From assembly GCA_020891255.1 (NCBI GenBank), contig BQFW01000013.1:2480001-2544000 (forward strand): a stretch of DNA of 64,000 bases, written 5' to 3'. The notes beneath the pieces were generated by a model that did not search any database, was not told where the DNA came from, and saw only the letters and a list, made by a program, of their open reading frames with translations. This DNA is from Entomortierella parvispora E1425. Taxonomy: Eukaryota > Fungi > Mortierellomycota. A program made the position numbers and the translations under genes. Shown here piece after piece: positions 40,095-49,180 of the stretch; positions within the stretch are counted from its first letter, which is position 1, and each line of letters starts with the position of its first letter.

Positions 40095-40265
40095 TGGATG
40101 GATCAAATAAAGGGACTTAAAGTCAACGGCGCGTCGATTGACCAGTTGTCGATTGACCATTGTCCATTGTCCATTGTTCGATTGACGATGGCGGGCCTTG
40201 TCGGACTTCGAAGGGGTCAAGCAAGAAGTCACGTTCCGAGCCATAGAAGCAATTGTGCCATTTCC

Positions 40266-40274
40266 CCAATTCTG
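40266..40274 (+). repeat. Right 9-bp target-site duplication CCAATTCTG of the MULE
   Basis: Identical to 32513-32521. Confidence 0.88.
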
Positions 40275-40462
40275 CGGTGACGTAATTCTAGCGCTAAATG
40301 CGCTGCAAATCCCTGATTTCTCGATTGCTTTCGTACATCTTCACACAAGGAGACATAACTTCCTCCGCTCTTCCACCTACACCTCTTATCAAGATCAACA
40401 CGTCGATATTAGAAAAGGTAACCACTTTATAGCGGTAAAGAAATGTGCTGCCCCTGTTTATA

Positions 40463-41824
40463 TTTTCATTGGGGCGTGAGGCAGCCCAACAAAATCACGG
40501 TCAAAGAATGTACTGTCGAGCTCATGCTCGTTGCAGTTACCAGAACGCTAGATTAGCTGTTTCTGTCTTGACTAAGGAGTTCCGGATGATGTCTGGCGCC
40601 AAAGGTATAGTATCTTCTTCCGAAAGCCGCTGCCCGGGATTAGGAAGTCGAGTCCTTTTTTCTTTTGCATGACTGATTTCAATCTTTCCAATGGGGCGTG
40701 CGGCAGCCCAAAATCACGGTCAAAGAACATACTGTCGAGCTCATGCTCGTTGCAGTTACAGAACGCTAGATTAGCTGTTTCTGTCTTGACTAAGGAGTTC
40801 CGGATGATGTCTGGCGCCAAAGGTATAGTATCTTCTTCCGAAAGCCGCTGCCCGGGATTAGGAGGTCGAGTCCTTTTTTCTTTTGCATGACTGATTTCAA
40901 TCTTTCCAATGGGGCGTGCGGCAGCCCAAAATCACGGTCAAAGAACATACTGTCGAGCTCATGCTCGTTGCAGTTACCAGAACGCTAGATTAGCTGTTTC
41001 TGTCTTGACTAAGGAGTTCCGGATGATGTCTGGCGCCAAAGGTATAGTATCTTCTTCCGAAAGCCGCTGCCCGGGATTAGGAAGTCGAGTCCTTTTTTCT
41101 TTTGCATGACTGATTTCAATCTTTCCAATGGGGCGTGCGGCAGCCCAAAATCACGGTCAAAGAACATACTGTCGAGCTCATGCTCGTTGCAGTTACAGAA
41201 CGCTAGATTAGCTGTTTCTGTCTTGACTAAGGAGTTCCGGATGATGTCTGGCGCCAAAGGTGTAGTATCTTCTTCCGAAAGCCGTTGCCTGGGATTAGGA
41301 AGTCGAGTCCTTTTTCTTTTGCATGACTGATTTCAATCTTTCCAATGGGGCGTGCGGCAGCCCAAAATCACGGTCAAAGAACATACTGTCGAGCTCATGC
41401 TCGTTGCAGTTACTGGAACGCTAGATTAGCTGTTTCTGTCTTGACTAAGGAGTTCCGGATGATGTCTGGCGCCAAAGGTGTAGTATCTTCTTCCGAAAGC
41501 CGTTGCCTGGGATTAGGAAGTCGAGTCCTTTTTCTTTTGCATGACTGATTTCAATCTTTCCAATGGGGCGTGCGGCAGCCCAAAATCACGGTCAAAGAAC
41601 ATACTGTCGAGCTCATGCTCGTTGCAGTTACTGGAACGCTAGATTAGCTGTTTCTGCCTTGACTAAGGAGTTCCGGATGATATCTGGTGCCAAAGGTGTA
41701 GTATCTTCTTCCGAAAGCCGTTGCCTGGGATTAGGAAGTCGAGTCCTTTTTCTTTTGCATGACTGATTTCAATCTTTCCAATGGGGTGTGCGGCAGCCCA
41801 AAATCACGGTCAAAGAATGTACTG
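40463..41824 (+). repeat. Tandem array of ~6.2 units of 217-219 bp
   Basis: ATGACTGATTTCAATC recurs at 40669, 40887, 41106, 41323, 41541 and 41759. Units are near-identical with no unique spacers. Confidence 0.97.
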
Positions 41825-42482
41825 AAAGTGACTACAGGGCCTCCTTCTTCAGCCAACGGATGGAACAAGTCCCCGTTCTCCCCGTCTGCATTTGATGACC
41901 AGGCATCAATCTTACTTACGGAAGAAGTCGTTCTTGCCAAAAGGAAGGAGCCAGCTCGAGTCGTCCTTGAAGGTATCCTCAACCGACCGCCTACAAAGAC
42001 AATTCAAGCATACAAAACCTACTTCAATCTGTGGAAGGTATGTATCCCTATAGATCCAAATCCATACTGGTTCCCGTAGTGCATCTTTATAGGTATCTTG
42101 GCACTAAACTATTCTTGCATGACGGTTTTGTAGACCTTTTTGCGATATGAACTATGATGGCGACAGCACTGTTTCACCCACCAGGATGCCCGAGTTCTTT
42201 GAGAAGGTCGCTTTTGAGAGGACGGTCCAGAAAGTCGTGGACCCTAATGCTGAGTACAGCGGACAGATTGGGATTGCTGCACCAGGAGAAGGACTACGGA
42301 AAGGGCATAAAGCAGCTCGAAACAAAGAACTGGACACAAGAGCGTCCACCACGACGTCTTCACCAATGGCTACTTCAGCTGATGTACCAGCTCAGTCAGG
42401 GCCAATACCGCTCGATGCCAGTAACACACCAATTGATATGGCCATGATTGCACAACTCTTCAAGACTTTCAGGACATGTTGA
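41759..42482 (+). pseudogene. Fragment resembling the N-terminal core-binding domain of Crypton/Ndc10-like tyrosine-recombinase transposases
   Basis: ILNRPPTKTIQAYKTYFNLWK|(T)FCDMNYDGDSTVSPTRMPEFFEKVAFER resembles the RP.NT..AY...W..FC....DG..VT..K...F pattern. GT-AG intron ~42038-42133 with a +1 T frameshift at the acceptor. No catalytic domain seen. Confidence 0.5.
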
Positions 42483-42930
42483 AGGAAGATTGCAACTCTT
42501 GCTCAATTGCAGCATACTACAAGCTATTGCCCAAAAAGGCTTCCAAAAGGTTTGGAAGTTCAGAAGAAAAAAGACCAAGGAAAAGGAAAGGTGAAAGCAT
42601 TTTTTTTTTCCTTTTAATAAAACACACATGCGATGCGCAACCACGCACCCTCACTCATGCACACTCTCACGCACTCAAACATAAACATATGACCGAGAAA
42701 CAGTAAGTATGAGGAAAGGGAAGATAGAGGGAGTGAGTGTTAGGAAAGGGAAGAGAAAGGGAGAGAGGGAGAGAGAGGGAGGAAGGGAGGAGGGAAGAAC
42801 AGTTGTTGATCAAAAGACGATGCCACTCTCGAACCGCTAAAGAGAAGATTCAACAACAACTCCCAAGACGCGTTGTGGTCGAGAGCGCTATCCTCATCTC
42901 ATAATGGACAAAAAGAGGGTGAGAACAAAA

Positions 42931-42966
42931 TTGGTTTTGACGTCCATTGGTTTTGACGTCCATTGG
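42931..42966. promoter_or_regulatory. Twice-repeated 16-mer containing CRE-like TGACGTC and CCAAT boxes
   Basis: TTGGTTTTGACGTCCA x2 followed by TTGG. Regulatory role is inferred only. Confidence 0.3.
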
Positions 42967-43529
42967 CAATGGCCCTCATCATGTTGCACACGCCCACATA
43001 TTTAGGTCGTTATTTTAATTTTGTGGAGTTCATTATGCATGGGGTTGTCCTGGGTCTGCCAGACTCAGGCCTCACACTAGGCTTGCTGCTCCTTCAGTAA
43101 CGTAACTGCTTGTGATAGACTCCAGCTCCTATTTGACAAATGCCTCATTATACTGCACCGTCCCCCGTCTGCATCATTGCGAAAAACCGCGTCGTCCTTT
43201 CCGTCGTGGTGGAATAGTTTATACAAAGATGGATAGGTGTGTGAACATGCGAACCGCATCGATTCTTGAGTTGGAACTACAAATACGAGTACTGTGGAAT
43301 CGTATTCCCACACCTTGCCCACCGCCAACAAGCACACTCGAAATTCCTTCTCACATAGAGCCTGTTTTCACGCTGTACCAGACACAGACATTTATCCCTT
43401 AGTCTGTAAAATATGGCAAATTTGCCCGTTAAAATTTATTTTATCTGGGTTTTAATATTATTCTAGAAAAATCACTAAGCCACCCCTGCTGTGCACCCCC
43501 TGCTTGTGCCTGTTGTTGAGATACGAGCT

Positions 43530-46500
43530 GCATATGACCCCCTTCTCTGTGCAGTAGACAAACTGCAAGCAGGATATACAATGACACCACAACCAACGGA
43601 ATCAGAACCGGACTTGTCGCCTCCAATGGTATCAGGGCTCGCATTCGTGGATGACACGCACTGGATCTCAGACAACAAAGACAACATGCAGAGGATCCTA
43701 GACAGATCCATGTCATTTTTCTCACTGCACGACATCCAAGTCAACGCGACAAAGACAGTCGTGATGGCGCTCAACAACACAGAAGTAGAAACACCAACAT
43801 TACAGTTCGGACAGCCACCTGAGAGTATCAAACCAATTCACAAAAGCGTCGCAATAAGGATCCTGGGAGCCTGGGTCGCCGCAGACGGCAACAGTAAAAA
43901 GACGAAAGAACTTGTCATGGAGGAAATCAACACCGTCGATGCCATCCTGAATAGGAAAGCTGTCACCGACCGCCAGGCCTTGTATATCGTGAACAACGTA
44001 CTTCTCCCGAGGATGAGCTACCGCCTATCACTTACAGTATTGTCGCCATCGGAAGCAAAACGACTTACAGGAAAATATACGGAGGCCGTAAGGAAAAAGG
44101 CAGGCCTTGCGAAGGGCACGCCGTACGCTCTCCTCCATCACCGCCGGTTCTATGGAGTACGACGACTGGTGGACACACAGGCAGAGGAGCACATTGGCCC
44201 ACTACACTCGCGTCTTAACGATCGAGGCCTAATTGGTCAACTCACCAGATCAAGGTCGCGAGCGCTACAAAGACAATTAGGCATCGCGCAACACCCAGTG
44301 GAGAGACCAGATATAGGAGCGACAGGAGACAAACACAATATTATAGGACGAATATGTGGACTCATGAACCAGAGACACCTAAGCTTCTACCCCACTACGC
44401 AAACGAACAACAGGCGACAGCCAATAACAACTCTATTCACAGTACAGGAGTTCGCTAAGGCTCGAAAGCAACTGAAAAAAGCAGGCCTCCTCTATCTGGA
44501 CCAGGTGTTAACGGATGACAGGAACGCCATCCTCACATGGGCAGAAGTCAGACAGCAGCATTCAATTCGAACTCGAACACCTCAAACATGGTATGAGCAC
44601 ATCACCGCCAAACTGACAACAGCAGGCCTCATAGCGACCCACAACATTAATATAGACTTGGAAAGAGAAAGACTGCAGATGCAGCACAGAGCAAAAGATC
44701 CCACAAAAAACACAGCCAACGGGACAGATTTGGCACGAACAAGAGAGGACATGATAAGAAGATTGGAAAAAGAAAACACAGCGGAATCACTTTGGTACGT
44801 AGACTATCTTCACGAAGCCGATGAATCCGAACCCACTTGGGATTCGGAGGAGGATGTTTATTCCTTTGGGGAGGTTTTTTCTTCTATATCTCAACGCAAT
44901 GTAGTGGGCCTTGACGGACAGCTGTCTCCTGAGCAACGCTCGGTCGACGACGCTTCCCAACCGAACTGCAGCAATTTAGACTCGCGACTGCTCTCAACAG
45001 AGTGTCTGGGACAAACACAACAGGCCAAGGATGGCAACGTTGCAACCGACCCTCAGTCGCCAGGTGAGTATGAAGGTGACAGTGACAGTGACAGTGACCA
45101 CACAACAAGATCGCAAAAAGAACAAAAAAAGAGAGAAAAGGGCAAAGAAAAAAAGAACAACGGTCCAAAAGAAACAAAAAAAGAAAAAAAAGAGCCCAGC
45201 GACAATATCAGATGCTCACCATAAATGAGCAAGGGGGTGCCTCGAGCACAACAAACCCCTACACCACTTTTTTCTACTCTTCTTCTTCTTCCTCCACTTC
45301 TTCATCCTGCTCCACTCCTTCTCCTTCCCCCCCTTCTTCATCACCCTTACTTTCACCGCACGAACACTTTCCCCCCTTACCTTTCACACACGACCAGCAT
45401 TCTTCCTCAACACCCCCATCCTTAATAGATAGCCGTTCCAGTTCCCCCATTTCATTCTCGTTTTCGTCAGATCAAGACCCTGAGTCGGCACAGGACCAGG
45501 ACTCCGAGCCAGAGCCAGACGGAGCACAGTCACCACAGCAGCCTGAACGAGCACCAGCCCCTAACCGAGACCATGCTTCCTATCTGTTCGGAGCTACAAC
45601 CCCAGGAGAACGCAGAAAGGCTACTACGGCCTTCCTCCGACAACAGAGAGCACCAGAACGCGCCCTTGTCCAAGCAACCATCCCCACAGCAGGCAGTGAA
45701 AGAGTGGCAATAGGATCCTTACTGGTAGACCAAGCAACAGCCAACGCGATCACTGAGGCTCAGATCCGCCCACCCGCACCCGCACCAAGACATATATACT
45801 CGGATGGATCACTCATCCGAGCAGGCACTGTGTATAGCAGTATGGCGTTTGGAGTTGCCACAGTTGCCCCAGACACGCCCCTTCGAATAAGTGGACGTCT
45901 TCAAGGCTTCTCATCCTCAACAGCGGCGGAACTCATGGGGCTACATGCAGTCATAGTCGCGGCACCAGCAGCAGAACATATTATTCTCCACTTGGACAAC
46001 CTCTCCGTCGTCAACAACTTCAACAAATTGGTCAAACACAGAGATAGGGCAACTACCAGAGAGAAGATGAGATGCAACCATGCAATCCAATGGGCTGTCA
46101 TTGCCCAGGCATGCAACATACGACAGGGCGCGGTTGAGGTCTGCTGGGTAAAGGGACATAGTGGCGACCCAGGAAACGAGGAGGCAGATAGGACTGCTGT
46201 TAATGCGCAAACATCAGACTCAATGCCGTGGACAATCAATCAGTCACACCAACAGGACTTTCAGTTTGGGGCACAATTCTTACAGACAAATATTGACACA
46301 GACGTCCGCCGCCTAGTTCGCCATCAATCGTGCATCAGGGATCATTGTTCATGGATGGCACTGAAGCAAACCAAAAAAATGAACCTGGACAGCAGCGACA
46401 TACACTGGCAGTCGACCCTCGACATTGTACACAACAATAACAACACAGGATCCTTTTATACCTCACAAAGAGATTCGTCGCTACGCAGTCATCGCGTCAA

Positions 46501-47519
46501 GAAGCTGTGCGGAGTGCTCCCAACCCAAGATCTCCAACACACCCGTCGCCCAGACATCTACCTCAACGCTCTTTGCCCTTGTTGCGAGGACCAGGACGAG
46601 AGCAATGAACACTTGTGGAACTGCGATGCACACATTGCAGCAGAACGAAAGGTCTGGACCAAGACAATAGAGGCCATTGCAGAATGGGCACATCTGGAAG
46701 AGGCACGCTTACGGAGAACATGGGCAAAAGAGCGAGATCGTCACATACAGAACCATCTACCTTTCACTAAGGCAGCCCCCAAAATATCAGTACCAAGCGA
46801 CCGCGCCGTCTGGACCACATTACAACACAGAAGGGGAACAGTGGAGCGTGCTCCATGGGATGTCCGGAAAGCAGCTCAGACGGTGGCGGAGAGGGCACTC
46901 CAGCAATGGAAGGTGGCTGACCTGTACAGCGGGATCTCACCTCATAGCCTTACCCAAGTGTGGAGCAAGCTCTTTAAGACCAACATCACCACGGCCCAAA
47001 ACCTCGTCCACCGTTTCTGCCGCGCTCTCGAGGAAGGGATTCGAGAGGCAGTCTGGCTGGACCGTTGCAATAGACAGATTGCAATGGAAAAAGAACAAGC
47101 AATCACCAAGAAGATGAAGAGAACACTGCCACCGAGACAACAAGGACCGCAAGTCAACCCATGGCGATCCTGGGTCGGAGCACCACCCGCGGAGGATGAG
47201 TGCGAATGCGGACAATTACTAGACAACCACACGAACAACACTTGCCCCGGTTTTACGGGCGAAGCCATCGAAGCGGATATAATTCTGCTGGACACATATC
47301 TAGGTCGGCGACGACCAGCAGTGATGGAAAGGATGGGAAGTTGTAAATTTTTATTGTCGTGAGGCGACCTAGACCTCGGGTTCTTCTCTTTTTAAAAAGA
47401 GGAGAGCGACGCAACGGTCGCGTACGGCTCTGGATGCAGAAGCATGCGATTGAAAAAAAAAAACAGTGGCTTATGTCACATTTCTATAGGCCCCTTGTCA
47501 ATAAAAAAAAAAAAAAAAA
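43530..47519 (+). mobile_element. 5'-truncated non-LTR retrotransposon (RT C-terminal part - RNase H - Zn knuckle)
   Basis: 18-bp TSD GTTGTTGAGATACGAGCT at 43512-43529 and 47520-47537; AATAAA plus A17 tail at 47500-47519. RT motifs YDPLLC and AFVDDTHW. RNase H motifs IYSDGS, AAELMG, LDNLS, WVKGHSGDPGNEEADR. Knuckle CPCC....ESNEHLWNC. One frameshift in the A-rich linker near 45.12-45.21 kb. Confidence 0.95.
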
Positions 47520-47537
47520 GTTGTTGAGATACGAGCT

Positions 47538-48708
47538 CAGACTGACGAAACCTTTCAAGAATAAGACGAGGAGCAAGAGGCGCCTGATGAACTAGAGCAA
47601 GATGAACAAGAGGGAGATCAGGTGCAGGAGGGAGATCAAGAGGAAGAGCCTCTACAGCGAAGGAGAGGGAGAAAGAAGACGAAGCCCAACATCAAATTGC
47701 CTGATCCTCCAGAGTTCGAGCCTCTGGTCCAGAACATCCGGCGTGGATATGTCAGTCTGGATCCTGTTTTCCAGGGCATCGTACCACCACCCATCACTCT
47801 CTTTCGATTTTTCTTCACAGACCTCATGCTCGATACAATCGTTAGGAACACCAATCTTTACGCCGAAAACAAAAGAGCTGAAGCGGGTGCAACTGGTCGT
47901 GCTTGGAAATCAATGACCAGAAACGAACTTGTTACCTGGATCACCATCACCATTTACATTGGACTTCACAAAATGTCGTCGTTAGTACAACTCTGGAACA
48001 CAGAGCGAGTGGCACCGACACACTACATATCAAGGTACATGAATAAAGTTCGATATGAGCAGATCAAGCGTTATTTCCATGTGTGCGCCCCAGATGCCGT
48101 TATTGATGAGTACTGTGATAAAGTCGAGCCACTACTGTCACATACCCGAGATACCTCAAAGCGACTCTACACGCCAGCATCGAATGTCTCCATCGATGAG
48201 ATGATGATCCGGTTTTCGGGACGAACTGCTCACACCGTTCGTATGAAAAACAACCCGATTACGGAAGGCTTCAAGATATTCTCTCTCTGCGATGCTGGAT
48301 ACACCTACACTTTCATTCCATCATCTAGGGTTCAGTCAGTCCGAGTTGAAAAAATACCCGGCCTCACTCAAACAGGGAACATTGTCAACCATCTTGTCCA
48401 ACAGCTACCGAAGAGTCCACATTACCGCGTTTTTATGGACAACTACTTCACCAGTGTCAAACTTTTCCAACACTTTCGAAACCTCAGCATCGGCGCCTGC
48501 GAAACAAGAAGGCAGGGTGGAGTCCCCAAGGAGTTATATGTCGACAAGAATGCAAAGCTCGATTGGGATACTAGGTCTGGTGTTGTTGTCGGCGACGTAC
48601 TGGTGGTCTTTTGGATGGATAACGGTCTGTTCTCTCTGCAAAGTTCCTCTTTGCACAAAGAACGATCGAAACTGTTTTGAGGAGTGCCATACGCGTCTCG
48701 AGTTTTAG
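47538..48708 (+). pseudogene. piggyBac transposase, inactivated
   Basis: LFRFFFTD, IYIGLH, RYEQIKRYFH, VSIDEMMIRFSGR, FMDNYFTS. After WMDNG (~48625) the sequence jumps to the C-terminal Cys-rich domain (CSLCKVPLC....NCFEECH) in another frame, so the third catalytic Asp region is deleted. An N-terminal in-frame TAA is also present. Confidence 0.9.
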
Positions 48709-49180
48709 AATAAACCATCGTGAAAAGATATCGTCCCTTGGTCTTCTCCCGACCATGTGATCGTAGAGCATGAAAGGAGATAGCGTCGAGTGTGTTTCCT
48801 ACTGAGCTGGATGTGTTATGGGTTGTGTTTTCAGAGGAAGGGCCGCTGGGTTCCATCAGTTGAACCACGCGCAAGGAACTGATAAAAAGAGGATAGACTA
48901 TGGGAAAAGCAGCACTTTGGCCATTCGTACGCCTTCACTTTCCATTCTTTGGATCCTCCTCTCAAATCATCAACAGCTCCAGCTCCTCCAACCCACATTC
49001 ACACACACACACACACCATTAGTCTTCATTCTCCTTGTTTACTGCACCGTCATTCACCCTTTCGTGGACAAAGCCTGTATGCTTTTCGTTGCATTTCGCT
49101 ACCATCTGGACCCCGCCAGAGCTAGACAAGCAAAAAGTAATGACACTAACTTTCTTCTAAACACAACAACATAGATTACC

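Larger units (their letters stand above)
32522..40265. mobile_element. Mutator-like (MULE) DNA transposon, 7,744 bp, carrying a transposase and PIN-Fanzor copy 2
   Basis: Left TIR GGAAGTGGCACAATTGAATCTAT (32522-32544) versus reverse complement of the right TIR GGAAATGGCACAATTGCTTCTAT (40243-40265): 20/23 identical. Perfect 9-bp TSD. Internal MULE transposase. Confidence 0.9.
27715..40277. mobile_element. Outer non-autonomous TIR element carrying PIN-Fanzor copy 1 (4.8 kb of own sequence, interrupted by the nested MULE)
   Basis: After removing 32522-40274, the right end reads ATTAGGGCGTGGATTGTCCTGGAGCCCAATTCTGCGG. This matches the reverse complement of 27715-27750 at 29/37 positions. No TSD identified; exact termini uncertain. 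Confidence 0.7.
43396..48904 (+). mobile_element. Degenerate piggyBac element interrupted by a LINE; boundaries tentative
   Basis: The transposase frame HPLLVPVVEIRA|QTDETFQE*DEEQE... is split by the LINE insertion. Putative ends CCCTTAGTCT (43396-43405) / AGACTATGGG (48895-48904) match 9/10, but the flanks are not TTAA. Confidence 0.55.

Noticed and set aside
40463-41824. Tandem array as a CRISPR-like guide array for the Fanzors
   Set aside because: Units are near-identical along their whole length; there is no repeat/unique-spacer alternation.
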